A DNA stretch of 64,000 nucleotides from Acidimicrobiia bacterium (lineage in GTDB: Bacteria; Acidobacteriota; Vicinamibacteria; Vicinamibacterales; SCN-69-37), in NCBI GenBank assembly GCA_045862915.1, contig BTVE01000009.1, forward strand, positions 20,670-84,669. Direction: 5' to 3'. Below, in pieces: positions 23,210-33,032 of the stretch; position 1 is the stretch's first letter, and every line of letters starts with the position of its first letter. Below the pieces are notes generated by a model. The model had not been told where the DNA came from. It worked only from the letters and a program-made list of their open reading frames with translations, and did no database searches. A program made the translations under genes and the position numbers.

Positions 23210-25134
23210 GGGTGCAGGAGTTCGCGGATCTTTCGCAGCAGTTGGTCGGACAAAAACGGCTTCTGGATGAAGGACACCTCCGCGTCGAGCACGCCGTGAC
23301 GCCCGATGACGTCGTTTGGATACCCGGACATGAACAGCACTCGTAGAGTGGGACGATGTGCAACGAGCTGGGTTGCCAGCTCCCGGCCGTTGGCGCCCGG
23401 CATGACTACATCGGTGAGCAGCAGGTGAATGTCCCCGTCGTGGGCGTGGGCCACCTCGACCGCTTCTTCCGCGTTGCCGGCTTCGAGCACGTGATAGCCG
23501 CGCCGCCGAAGGATTTCGGCCACGGCCGACCGTGTGTCCACCCGGTCTTCGACAACGAGCAGTGTCTCGGTGCCGCCGTGGCGCGCCGCTTCGGCAGCCG
23601 CAGGGGATAACGGCCGGGGCGGTGGTACGCCGACCGCCGGCAACAGGACGGTGAACGTGGTGCCCATGCCGGGCGTGCTCTCGACGCCGATCCAGCCGTC
23701 GCCCTGTTTCACGATGCCGTACACCGTGGCCAGCCCGAGTCCTGTGCCCTTGCCCAGTTCCTTGGTCGTGAAGAACGGCTCAAACACCCGGGTCTGTGTC
23801 GCCGCATCCATGCCGGTGCCCGAGTCGGTGACCGACAGCACGACGTAGTGCCCCACCTTCAGGCCCGGCGTGCGATTCGCCTCTTCGGTGGTGACGACGT
23901 GTTGACCCGTGGACACCAGGATGCGGCCGCCGTCCGGCATGGCATCGCGGGCATTGGCCGCCAGGTTGATCAGCACCTGTTCCAGTTGTGCGGCATCGGC
24001 ATGGATGGCCGGCAGATCCGGTGCGAGTGCGATCGCAATGGCGATGTTGTCGCCGACAAGGCGGCGCAGCAGCGGGTCTGCATGCCGCACGACATCGTTG
24101 ATGGCCAGGGTGGTCGGCTGGATGACACCTTGCCGGCTGAAGGCGAGTAACTGCGACGTCAGGGCCGCCGCGCTGCGGGCGGCGGTGGTGATCTCGTTTA
24201 ACAGCGGACCACCGTCGTGGTCGCGGCCCAGATCTTCGGCGAGCAGGGATGCGGATCCCAGGATGACGGTCAGCAGGTTGTTGAAGTCGTGCGCCACGCC
24301 GCCGGCCAGGCGCCCCACCGCTTCCATGCGCTGTGCCTGCGCGAGTTGGCGTTCACGCACGCGCATGTCGGTGACGTCTTCCGCGAGGATCACAAAACGG
24401 GTGGTGGCGTGCGCCCGAACGATGGGGAACAGCCGGCTGCGAATCCACGCAGTCGAACCGTCCTCCCGCGTGAGGCGCACCGTGACATCAGCGGTGCGTC
24501 CCGCCGCGACACGTGTCAAGGCGTGCTGATAGTCGTCATGGTCGGCCGGGTGGACGACGCGCAGCCAGGCCAGTGGCCCACCCAGCGCCTCGGCGACCGG
24601 TTGTCCCCAGATGGTTTCCCACGATCGGCTGACATACCGAACCTGAAACGTCGGCAGATCGACCATCACAAACGCTTCGCGGATCGCTTCCACGAGTTGC
24701 CGGAAGCGTGCTTCGCTGTCACTGAGTGCCGCCAGCGCGGCGTGACGTTCCACGGCGTGCCGCAGGGTGCGATGCAGGGTGGCGCCGTCACATTCACCCT
24801 TGACGAGATAGTCCTGCGCTCCCTCGCGTACGGCGCGTGCGGCTACCGACGAATCGGCCAGTCCCGTGAGCACCACGATGGGTGCCTGCGGCGCCTGCTC
24901 GTGCGTCCGCAGAAACGTGTCGAGGCCCTCACTGTCGGGCAGTGAGAGGTCGAGCAGCACGACATGAAAGCCGCCGCGACGCAACTGCGCAAGCGCATCA
25001 CTGAGAAGCGGCGTATGGGTGACGGCGGTGTTCGCATGTGTGTCGGCCAGCCACTCCCGCACCAGCCGGGCGTCGGCCGCGTTGTCTTCCACGAGGAGGA
25101 TGTTCAGCCGGGATTCGACGGCGGCGGCATTCAT
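23206..25134 (-). CDS. Hybrid sensor histidine kinase with REC-PAS-HisKA-HATPase-REC architecture
   Basis: N-terminal REC (ILLVEDNAADARL...VLLDLSLPD), H-box GGVAHDFNNLLTVILG, N/G boxes (NLAANARDA, DSGTGMD, GTGLGLATVYG), and a C-terminal REC (LLVVEDR...LLLTDVVMPG). Confidence 0.88.
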   Translation of the reverse strand: MNAAAVESRLNILLVEDNAADARLVREWLADTHANTAVTHTPLLSDALAQLRRGGFHVVLLDLSLPDSEGLDTFLRTHEQAPQAPIVVLTGLADSSVAARAVREGAQDYLVKGECDGATLHRTLRHAVERHAALAALSDSEARFRQLVEAIREAFVMVDLPTFQVRYVSRSWETIWGQPVAEALGGPLAWLRVVHPADHDDYQHALTRVAAGRTADVTVRLTREDGSTAWIRSRLFPIVRAHATTRFVILAEDVTDMRVRERQLAQAQRMEAVGRLAGGVAHDFNNLLTVILGSASLLAEDLGRDHDGGPLLNEITTAARSAAALTSQLLAFSRQGVIQPTTLAINDVVRHADPLLRRLVGDNIAIAIALAPDLPAIHADAAQLEQVLINLAANARDAMPDGGRILVSTGQHVVTTEEANRTPGLKVGHYVVLSVTDSGTGMDAATQTRVFEPFFTTKELGKGTGLGLATVYGIVKQGDGWIGVESTPGMGTTFTVLLPAVGVPPPRPLSPAAAEAARHGGTETLLVVEDRVDTRSAVAEILRRRGYHVLEAGNAEEAVEVAHAHDGDIHLLLTDVVMPGANGRELATQLVAHRPTLRVLFMSGYPNDVIGRHGVLDAEVSFIQKPFLSDQLLRKIRELLHP

Positions 25135-25568
25135 GCGTCCCTCCGTTCGGCCGGGGTGGGCAGGCGGGCCGTGGTCAACCAGAACTGCAGCGTCGCATCA
25201 ATGACGGCGAGAAACTGGTCCAGGTCGACCGGCTTGATCACGTAGGCATTGGCGCCGAGCGCGTAACAGGCACGCACGTCGGCGTCGGCTGAGGACGTGG
25301 TGAAGATCACGACGGGAATCGCGGCCAGCGCCGGATTGGACTTGATGTCGCGCAGCACCTCCCGTCCGTCGCGTCGCGGCAGGTTCAGGTCGAGCAGGAT
25401 CAGATCCGGCAAAGCGGCATGTGGTCGCGTGAGCAGGTCGAGCGCCTCCACGCCATCACGCGCGGTGGTCAGCGCGGCCGATCCGCCGGCTTCGTACATC
25501 GCTTCTGTGGTGAGGCGTGCGTCAGCGGCGTTGTCTTCCACCAGCAGGATGCGTCCTCGCGGTTTCAT
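25131..25568 (-). CDS. Single-domain response regulator (REC only)
   Basis: The ATG at 25568 gives 145 aa: MKPRGRILLVEDNAADARL...LILLDLNLPRRDG...YVIKP. ATGA overlaps on both sides. The longer track ORF (to 25793) is rejected. Confidence 0.85.
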   Translation of the reverse strand: MKPRGRILLVEDNAADARLTTEAMYEAGGSAALTTARDGVEALDLLTRPHAALPDLILLDLNLPRRDGREVLRDIKSNPALAAIPVVIFTTSSADADVRACYALGANAYVIKPVDLDQFLAVIDATLQFWLTTARLPTPAERRDA

Positions 25569-26695
25569 CGGTCCACCGCCGGAAGCGTGAAGTAGAACGT
25601 GGTGCCGTGGCCGGGTGTGGAGGAGAGCCAGATGCGTCCGCCGTGCCGGTCGATGATCTTGCGGCAGATGGCGAGGCCCACACCCGTGCCCGGGTAGGCT
25701 TCGCGTGTATGCAGGCGCTGAAAGATGACGAAAATACGCTCGAAGTACGCGGCGTCGATACCGATGCCGTTGTCGGCGACGCTGAACTGCCACATCTGGC
25801 CATGGCGCGCGACGCCGATATGAATGTGTGGCGGGTCGCTGCCCCTGAACTTGAGGGCGTTGCCGATCAGGTTCGAGAGCACCTGGCGCAACTGGCTGGC
25901 GTCCGCGAGCACCGCGGGCATCTCGTCGTGAGTCACCGTGGCGTTCGCCTGCACGATCGCTGCGCGCAGCCCGTGCAACGTATCCGTCAGCGCAGTGCCC
26001 GCGTCGGTCGCCGATGGGGCCTCTCCATGCGTGGCGACGCGTGAAAATGCCAGCAGATCTTGAATCAGCTGTTCCATGCGACGGGCGCCTCCCACCGCAA
26101 AGTCGATGAACTCGCAGGCTGTGGCGTCCAGGTGCGGCCGATAGCGCCGTTCAAGCAGTTGAAGGTAACTCGCTACCGTGCGCAGGGGCTCCTGCAGGTC
26201 GTGCGAGGCCACGTACGCAAAACGTTCGAGTTCTTCGTTGGAGCGCCGCAGTTCCTCTTCTGCGCGTTTGCGGGGGCTGATGTCCACCACCGACGCGAGG
26301 ACAAACAAGCCCTCGGCGGTCTCGACGGGATTAAGTCCGATCTCGACGGGAATCTCCGTTCCGTCCTTGCGCACGGCAAACAGGTCGCGGCCTGCGCCCA
26401 TCGCCCGGCTGTGAGGGTTGTGGAGGAATGTGTCGCGGTCGCGAGGGTGCTGGTCCCGGAGCCGGCGCGGCACCAGGCGTTCGATCGACTCTCCGAGCAA
26501 CTCGTCCCGGTGGTAGCCAAACAGGCGTTCGGTTTCGCGATTGACCAGACGAATGATGCCGTGGCGGTCGACCATGACCACCCCGGTCGGGGCCGATTCA
26601 ACGACCGCGCGGAACAGATGCTCCGACGGCGCAGCCGCAGGTGTCTCCGACGGTAAACCCGGTCGCGACTCCAGCATGGATGGGAAACCCGTCAC
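25565..26695 (-). CDS. PAS-domain sensor histidine kinase
   Basis: PAS (VMVDRHGIIRLVNRETERLFGY), H-box ASHDLQEPLRTVASYLQLL, HATPase (NLIGNALKF, DNGIGID, GTGVGLAICRKI). Confidence 0.88.
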   Translation of the reverse strand: MTGFPSMLESRPGLPSETPAAAPSEHLFRAVVESAPTGVVMVDRHGIIRLVNRETERLFGYHRDELLGESIERLVPRRLRDQHPRDRDTFLHNPHSRAMGAGRDLFAVRKDGTEIPVEIGLNPVETAEGLFVLASVVDISPRKRAEEELRRSNEELERFAYVASHDLQEPLRTVASYLQLLERRYRPHLDATACEFIDFAVGGARRMEQLIQDLLAFSRVATHGEAPSATDAGTALTDTLHGLRAAIVQANATVTHDEMPAVLADASQLRQVLSNLIGNALKFRGSDPPHIHIGVARHGQMWQFSVADNGIGIDAAYFERIFVIFQRLHTREAYPGTGVGLAICRKIIDRHGGRIWLSSTPGHGTTFYFTLPAVDR

Positions 26696-26761
26696 ACAGG
26701 ATACTTCGAACCGACGCTGCCCATCGGCCCGGGCCGGGTCCCGTAAACGGACGAACCGCTC

Positions 26762-26770
26762 TGGTAGTAT
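26762..26770 (+). promoter_or_regulatory. Candidate extended -10 promoter element (TGgTAGTAT)
   Basis: The hexamer ends 9 nt before the ATG at 26780, which implies a leaderless or near-leaderless mRNA. There is no convincing -35. Confidence 0.3.
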
Positions 26771-26779
26771 GCCGGGGCT

Positions 26780-29212
26780 ATGACCGAGTCAGGCGCGTCC
26801 TCCTCTGCTATCGATCGTGTGTTGCCGGCGATGCTGGCGTTGTTCGTGGGGAGCGGCGCCGCCGCGCTGATCTACGAAGTGGTCTGGTTCCAGATGCTCC
26901 AGCTTTCGCTGGGCTCATCGTCGGTCTCCCTGGGCGTGTTGCTCGGGGTGTTCATGGGCGGCATGTGTCTGGGGAGCTGGCTGTTTCCGAAAAAGGTGGA
27001 TGCCACACACCATCCGCTGAAGGTCTACGCCTATCTGGAACTGGGCATCGGCCTCTGCGGCCTGCTGGTCCTGTTCATCGTGCCGCTGCTGGGCGGGGTG
27101 TATGCGGCGGTCGCCGGCACCGGACAGTTCAGCGTGTTCCTGCGCGGCCTTGTGGCTGCCATCATCCTGCTGCCGCCGACGCTGATGATGGGGGCGACGT
27201 TGCCCGCCATCGCGCGTTACGTCGAGACGACCCCCAAGGGTGTGTCATGGATGGGATTTTTCTACGGCGGCAACATCGCCGGCGCGGTCATCGGCACTCT
27301 GCTGGCAGGCTTTTACCTGCTGCGGGTGTACGACATGGTCACCGCCACGATGGTGGCCGTGGCGCTCAACGTGCTCGTGGCGGGTCTGGGCCTGTTCCTG
27401 GCGGGGCGGGCGCCGTATGCCGCTGATCAGAAGGCCAAGAAGGATCCGGTGCTGGCCCCCGGCGCCAGGGTCGTGTACATCGCAATCGCTTTGTCCGGCC
27501 TGACAGCCCTGGCCTCGCAGGTCGTGTGGGCGCGTGTGCTGTCGTTGCTAATCGGCGCCACGGTCTACACGTTCTCGCTGATCCTTGCGGTGTTTCTCGT
27601 TGGCCTCGGCATCGGCAGCTCACTCGGCTCGTCGATGGCCCACACACTCAAACACCCGCGGCAGGCACTGGGATGGGTGCAGATGTTGCTCTGTGTGGCG
27701 CTCGCCTACGCGGCGTACATCTCGACGGCCGGTATGCCGTTCTGGCCCATCAACCCGGCCATTTCCTCGGATCCGATTTTTAACTTCCAGCTTGACCTCA
27801 TGCGCGCGGCCTTTGTCGTCATGCCCGGCGCCATCCTGTGGGGCATGAGCTTTCCATTGGCGCTGGCCTCGGTGGCTGAAAAGGGACAAGACCCCGCCCG
27901 GTTGGTGGGTGGTGTCTATGCCGCCAACACTGTGGGCGCCATCATCGGTGCCTTGTTTGCCAGCCTGCTGGCTATCGCCTGGATCGGGTCGCAGCACACC
28001 CAGATGCTGCTGATTGGCCTGTCGGCGATCTCGGGCCTGATGTTGCTTGCCAGCCACGCCGACGAGGTGGGCAAGGGCAAGTCGCAGGTTGTGAGCATGG
28101 CCATGCTCGTGCTGGTGACAGCCGGCGCGGGTCTGCTGGCGCGGTCGGTGCCGCAGATGCCTGGCTTGCTCGTGGCGTACGGCCGGTACGCCGCGACCTG
28201 GGTCGGTCAGAACGAAATCATCTACTCCGGCGAGGGCATGATGGCGTCCGTCGCGGTGTCGCGCACGCCGAACGGCGTCCTCAACTATCACAACGCCGGC
28301 AAGGTCCAGGCGTCCAGTGAGCCGCAGGACATGCGTCTGCAGCGCATGCTCGGCCACATGACCACACTCATTCCGGAGAACGTCCGTACGGCCGTGGTCA
28401 TCGGTTGCGGCGCCGGTGTCACCGCCGGTGCGGTGTCGATTGATCCCGAACTTGAGCAGATGACGATTGCGGAGATCGAACCGCTGGTGCCGGAAGTGGT
28501 CTCGAAGTATTTCTCCGAACACAACTTCGCGGTGGTGCAGAATCCGAAGGTGCGCGTCCACCTCGACGACGCGCGGCACTTCCTGACGACGACCAAAGAC
28601 AAGTTCGACGCCATTACGTCCGACCCGCTGGACCCGTGGGTCAAGGGCGCGGCCACGCTGTATACGCGCGAGTTCTTCGAACTCGTCAAGACGCGCCTCA
28701 ATCCCGGCGGCATCGTCACATTGTTCGTGCAGCTGTACGAAAGCAGCGAAGAAGCCGTCAAGAGCGAGATCGCCACGTTCCTCGAGGCCTTCCCACAGGG
28801 TGTGGTGTTTGCCAACACCATCAACGGACAGGGCTACGACCTCGTGCTTGTGGGCATGCTGGATCCGAAGCCTATCGATGTGGATCGCGTCCAGGCTCGC
28901 CTGAGTGATCCCAGGAACGCAGCCATTGCGCAGTCACTGGCCGAAATCGGGATCTATTCGGCCGTCGACCTGTTCGGCACCTACGGCGGACGCCGGGACG
29001 ACATGGCGCGGTGGCTGGCCAACGCGCAGATCAACACGGACCGCAACCTCCGCCTGCAGTACCTCGCCGGCCTTGGCCTCAACACCTACCAGGCCGCAGG
29101 TATCTACCGGAACATGACCATCGACAGCCAGTATCCGGAAGGCCTGTTCACCGGCTCGGACGCCACCATGCAGGAACTGCGGGCCGCGATTGAACGGGCG
29201 CATGGCAGGTAG
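26780..29212 (+). CDS. Fused polytopic-membrane / spermidine-synthase-like (aminopropyltransferase-fold) protein
   Basis: 810 aa. The N-terminal ~480 aa are highly hydrophobic with many TM helices. The C-terminal Rossmann part carries VVIGCGAGVTAGAV, MTIAEIEPLV and DAITSDPLDPW, as in spermidine synthases. Confidence 0.75.
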   Translation: MTESGASSSAIDRVLPAMLALFVGSGAAALIYEVVWFQMLQLSLGSSSVSLGVLLGVFMGGMCLGSWLFPKKVDATHHPLKVYAYLELGIGLCGLLVLFIVPLLGGVYAAVAGTGQFSVFLRGLVAAIILLPPTLMMGATLPAIARYVETTPKGVSWMGFFYGGNIAGAVIGTLLAGFYLLRVYDMVTATMVAVALNVLVAGLGLFLAGRAPYAADQKAKKDPVLAPGARVVYIAIALSGLTALASQVVWARVLSLLIGATVYTFSLILAVFLVGLGIGSSLGSSMAHTLKHPRQALGWVQMLLCVALAYAAYISTAGMPFWPINPAISSDPIFNFQLDLMRAAFVVMPGAILWGMSFPLALASVAEKGQDPARLVGGVYAANTVGAIIGALFASLLAIAWIGSQHTQMLLIGLSAISGLMLLASHADEVGKGKSQVVSMAMLVLVTAGAGLLARSVPQMPGLLVAYGRYAATWVGQNEIIYSGEGMMASVAVSRTPNGVLNYHNAGKVQASSEPQDMRLQRMLGHMTTLIPENVRTAVVIGCGAGVTAGAVSIDPELEQMTIAEIEPLVPEVVSKYFSEHNFAVVQNPKVRVHLDDARHFLTTTKDKFDAITSDPLDPWVKGAATLYTREFFELVKTRLNPGGIVTLFVQLYESSEEAVKSEIATFLEAFPQGVVFANTINGQGYDLVLVGMLDPKPIDVDRVQARLSDPRNAAIAQSLAEIGIYSAVDLFGTYGGRRDDMARWLANAQINTDRNLRLQYLAGLGLNTYQAAGIYRNMTIDSQYPEGLFTGSDATMQELRAAIERAHGR

Positions 29213-29235
29213 TACCATCCAGACTTCGCGTTCAC

Positions 29236-30333
29236 ATGGTGCTGCGACGACGGAGTCTGACGCCGGTACTGCTTGCCGTCTTTCTGGCGACCGCCGGGCC
29301 TCTCACGGCCCGGCAGGCGCCGGCGTTGCCGGCGTCGCTGTCCAACGCCCAGTTCTGGGCCCTCAGCAGTGAGTTGTCGGAATCGGACGGATACTTCCGC
29401 TCCGACAATCTCGTCTCAAACGAGATCTACTTTCAGACCATCATTCCTGAACTGATCGAGGTGACCAAGCCGGGGCGTGTCTACCTCGGCGTTGGGCCTG
29501 AGCAGAACTTCACGTACATCTCGGCCCTCAAACCGCGCATGGTATTCATCGTGGACGTGCGGCGCGGGAACCTGCACACACACCTGTTGTACAAGGCGCT
29601 GTTCGAGATGGCGAAGGACCGCGCAGACTTCGTCTCGTTGCTGTTTTCGAAACCCAGACCGGCGGGTCTGACGACCAAGAGCACGGTGCAGGAGATCTTC
29701 AACGCATTCCTGCCGGTCGAGACGTCGGAGACGGCCTACAAGACAAACCTGGCGGCTGTACTCGATCACCTCGTGACCACACGGGAGATCCCGCTGAGCG
29801 TCGACGACCGCAAAGGGATCGAGTACGTCTACTACCACTTCTACTGGTTCGGACCCGGACTGACGTATTCGTCGAGCACCGGTGGCGCGGCACGCGGCAA
29901 CTTCGTCAACTACCAGTCGTTGATGGTGGCCGATGACGGTCTCGGCACCTCGCGCAGCTTTCTGGCGTCGGAGACCCACTTCGACTTTCTCAAGGGACTG
30001 CACGCCAGAAACCTCATCGTGCCTGTGGTGGGCAACTTCGCCGGTTCCAAGGCGCTGCGCAATCTGGGCGCGTGGATCAAGGCGCACGGGTCAATCGTCT
30101 CGGCGTTTTATCTCTCGAATGTCGAGCAGTACCTGAGCGGCGACGGCCTCTGGTACACGTTCTGCGGCAATGTGGCGCAGTTGCCGCTGGACGACACGAG
30201 CACCTTCATCTACTCACAGACCGGCGGACGGGGCGGCGGGGGTCGCGGTTCGCTGCTCTCGTATTACCGGCCGATGCTTCAGGACGTCAAGGCGAACAAA
30301 TGCGACATCGCACCGCCGCCGATTCCACGCTGA
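29236..30333 (+). CDS. Secreted protein of unknown function, paralogue 1 of 3
   Basis: Signal peptide MVLRRRSLTPVLLAVFLATAGPLTA. Shared motifs: SDNLVSNE, YLGVGPEQNFTYI, FIVDVRRGNL, NLIVPVVGNF, YLSNVEQYL. Confidence 0.7.
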   Translation: MVLRRRSLTPVLLAVFLATAGPLTARQAPALPASLSNAQFWALSSELSESDGYFRSDNLVSNEIYFQTIIPELIEVTKPGRVYLGVGPEQNFTYISALKPRMVFIVDVRRGNLHTHLLYKALFEMAKDRADFVSLLFSKPRPAGLTTKSTVQEIFNAFLPVETSETAYKTNLAAVLDHLVTTREIPLSVDDRKGIEYVYYHFYWFGPGLTYSSSTGGAARGNFVNYQSLMVADDGLGTSRSFLASETHFDFLKGLHARNLIVPVVGNFAGSKALRNLGAWIKAHGSIVSAFYLSNVEQYLSGDGLWYTFCGNVAQLPLDDTSTFIYSQTGGRGGGGRGSLLSYYRPMLQDVKANKCDIAPPPIPR

Positions 30334-31430
30334 CGTTCTGGCGGCTCGTCGTGGCGATTGTCTCCACGATGGCACTGGCGGTCTCGGCACCGTCGGCATC
30401 GCCGGCCGACCTGCGGGTGCCGGAGCGGCTGTCTGATGCGCAGTTCTCGCACCTGATGACGGAGTTCTCCGAAGGCGACGGCTACTTTGCCTCCGACAAT
30501 CTGGTGTCGAACGAGCTGACGTTTCAGTGGGTGATTCCCGATCTGCTCAAGGCCTGGACCAACGGGCGCGCCTACGTTGGCGTCGGACCCGATCAGAACT
30601 TCACCTATATCGCCAACCTTCGCCCCTCGGTCGCATTCATCGTCGACATCCGACGCGACAATCTGCGGCTGCAGTTGCTCTACAAGGCGTTGATGGAGAT
30701 GGCGCCCTCGCGCGTCGAGTTCCTGTCGCGGCTGCTGTCGCGGGAGCTCACGTCACCGGTGCCGGCAGACGCGTCAGCTGCCCGTCTGTTTCAGGCATTT
30801 GCGGAAGTGAAGCCCACCGTAGACCGCTTCGCCGCAACGTTTACGGCCGTCAAGGAACGCCTGACCGTGCAGCACGGCCTCCTGTTGTCGGAAGACGATC
30901 TGGGCCACATTGAATACGTGCTGACGGCGTTTTATTACGCAGGCCCCTCGCTGGCGTACGCCAACACCGGATTCCGCGGCCGGTATCCCAGTTACCAGGA
31001 TCTGATGGTCGCCACCGACGAGGCGGGCGACGCGCGGAGTTATCTCGCCGATGAGCAACGGTATGGCGTTGTCCGGCAGATGCAGCTGCGGAATTTGATC
31101 GTTCCGGTGGTGGGAGACTTCACCGGGACGCGTGCGCTCCGCGGCGTGGGGCAGTGGCTCAAGGATCACGGGGCGACGGTGGGGGCGATCTACACGTCCA
31201 ACGTCGAGCAGTACCTCTTCCAGTACCAGACCTGGCCCCGGTACTACGAAAACGTGGCGACGCTGCCGATTGATGACGCCTCGCTGTTCATCCGGTCGTG
31301 TTTTAACACCTGTTCCACCGTGCCGTGGTCGCGCTCGGCGCAGCTGCTTGACCCGGTCGCGGCGCTGTTGCGGGATGTGGCCGCCGGCAAGGTGCAGTCC
31401 TACTGGGAACTGCTCGCGCGCTCCCGCTGA
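30300..31430 (+). CDS. Secreted protein of unknown function, paralogue 2 of 3
   Basis: I chose the ATG at 30300 (MRHRTAADSTLTFWRLVVAIVSTMALAVSAPSA), which overlaps paralogue 1 by 34 nt. Motifs: SDNLVSNE, YVGVGPDQNFTYI, FIVDIRRDNL, NLIVPVVGDF, YTSNVEQYLF. Confidence 0.65.
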   Translation: MRHRTAADSTLTFWRLVVAIVSTMALAVSAPSASPADLRVPERLSDAQFSHLMTEFSEGDGYFASDNLVSNELTFQWVIPDLLKAWTNGRAYVGVGPDQNFTYIANLRPSVAFIVDIRRDNLRLQLLYKALMEMAPSRVEFLSRLLSRELTSPVPADASAARLFQAFAEVKPTVDRFAATFTAVKERLTVQHGLLLSEDDLGHIEYVLTAFYYAGPSLAYANTGFRGRYPSYQDLMVATDEAGDARSYLADEQRYGVVRQMQLRNLIVPVVGDFTGTRALRGVGQWLKDHGATVGAIYTSNVEQYLFQYQTWPRYYENVATLPIDDASLFIRSCFNTCSTVPWSRSAQLLDPVAALLRDVAAGKVQSYWELLARSR

Positions 31431-31439
31431 CGTTCGACA

Positions 31440-33032
31440 CTACCAGTCTGGCGTCACGCCGAATTCCTCGAAGTTCGTGAGGAGGACGCCGATGTCGCCT
31501 GCATACCAGGCAAGGCTCCACACACACGTGATGACCGCTGCCGCGATACGCCAGCGCGGCGCGTGGCGTGGTGGTGTCAGCAGCAGCGGCAGCGACACCA
31601 GCAGCGGCGAGATGTGTTTGGTCATGCGCCAGTCCACGAAGGTGAAGACCACGGCCGTCACCAGCGTCCACGACAACAGCAGCGCGGTGAACGTGTGATC
31701 GCGCGGGACACAAGCGTGCCGGAGGTCGTGACACGCGCACAGGATTGCCACCGGCAGGAGTAAATATCCCGTGTGCCCACCGAACTCGCGCCACAGGCCG
31801 AGGTGCGACAGATAGCCCTCGTAGCCGAGCGGGTTGTCGTGGGTAATTCGGTCCATGAGGTGGTGCTGGACGTGGTCGGCGAGGAAGTCGCCCGGATTCA
31901 CCAGCAGTCCCCAGATCCAGAACGCGGCGCTGCCGGCGGCAAAGGCGAGCACGATGCCGCCCGTGCGGTGCCACGCACGCATCCATGTGCCTGCGGTCAG
32001 CCGAGCGCCGGCGAGCAGGGCTGCCGGCAGCAGCACCAGTTTGTGGTTGGCCAGCGCACCCCATGCCGCCGCCCAGGTGATGCCGCGAAGACGCCGAATG
32101 TGGTCAGCGTGCACGAGCATCAACAGTGCGGCACAGGTCGAGATCGCGAAATAGCCCCCATACGAGGACCGCACGAGTACCTCGGGATTGGCGGCATACG
32201 CCAGAGCCATCAAGGCGCCGAGCCACACGCGACGTGACCGGCGCACCGTGATCACTGCAATCATCGCCACCGAGAGTGCTGCCAGGACGACATTCGGTGA
32301 GCGGGTCTCCGCGATCAACGGGGTGCGGGCGTAGTGTTCGTACGCCGCCGCCAGCGCGGCCGCATCGTCACGGCCAGTCGCGGCTGAGGTGATCGTGTCG
32401 TACGCCCGAAGCGACTCCACACCACCCTGCAGGACGATCGACGCGGCGCCATAGACGTGGAGCAGTGGCGGATGGGCAAAGTAGTAGAGCAGCCCACGAT
32501 CATTGATCACCCGCGGCGTCAGGGATGTCAGCAGGGCATAACCGGGGCCCTGCAGATCCAGGTCGTGGTCCACCATCGGCGGCACCACGGCAACGGCCAT
32601 CCGCTCGAACACGACGAGTGATCCCGCGAACATCACCACCGCCAGCGCGGCGGCCGCTCCCCGGACAGCTCGAGTCGCAGGGACGCGCGTGACGCGGCCT
32701 GACGGCAGGACGAACGGCAGGATCACGCCCATCGCGGTGAACGCGCACAGTGAGAACCAGAGTGACGCGGCGGCCAGGGGCACTGCGACCAGCCGCAACG
32801 CCAGGGCAGCGACGATCAGGACCAGCGCTGCGGCGACGAGGTCCCGCGCCAGGGTGACACCCCAGGCGCGCGAGTGCGAGCGCCAGCACCAGCGCCACGC
32901 CACGCCCGGCAGCCACCCGAGCACCGCAGTGACGATGAGCATGCGCAGCGGGCCTGGCCAGAGGTGGAGCACCGCCGGGTGTGCGGCCAGCATGCCGAGC
33001 ACGACTCCGGCCGTCGTGCGCACCGACTTCAC
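31440..33032 (-). CDS. Polytopic membrane protein with a GT-C (ArnT/PMT-like) signature
   Basis: 530 aa, more than 10 hydrophobic segments. The first large loop carries VDHDLDLQG...YYFAHPPLLH, resembling the acidic motif plus HPPL of GT39/GT83-type enzymes. Confidence 0.5.
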   Translation of the reverse strand: MKSVRTTAGVVLGMLAAHPAVLHLWPGPLRMLIVTAVLGWLPGVAWRWCWRSHSRAWGVTLARDLVAAALVLIVAALALRLVAVPLAAASLWFSLCAFTAMGVILPFVLPSGRVTRVPATRAVRGAAAALAVVMFAGSLVVFERMAVAVVPPMVDHDLDLQGPGYALLTSLTPRVINDRGLLYYFAHPPLLHVYGAASIVLQGGVESLRAYDTITSAATGRDDAAALAAAYEHYARTPLIAETRSPNVVLAALSVAMIAVITVRRSRRVWLGALMALAYAANPEVLVRSSYGGYFAISTCAALLMLVHADHIRRLRGITWAAAWGALANHKLVLLPAALLAGARLTAGTWMRAWHRTGGIVLAFAAGSAAFWIWGLLVNPGDFLADHVQHHLMDRITHDNPLGYEGYLSHLGLWREFGGHTGYLLLPVAILCACHDLRHACVPRDHTFTALLLSWTLVTAVVFTFVDWRMTKHISPLLVSLPLLLTPPRHAPRWRIAAAVITCVWSLAWYAGDIGVLLTNFEEFGVTPDW

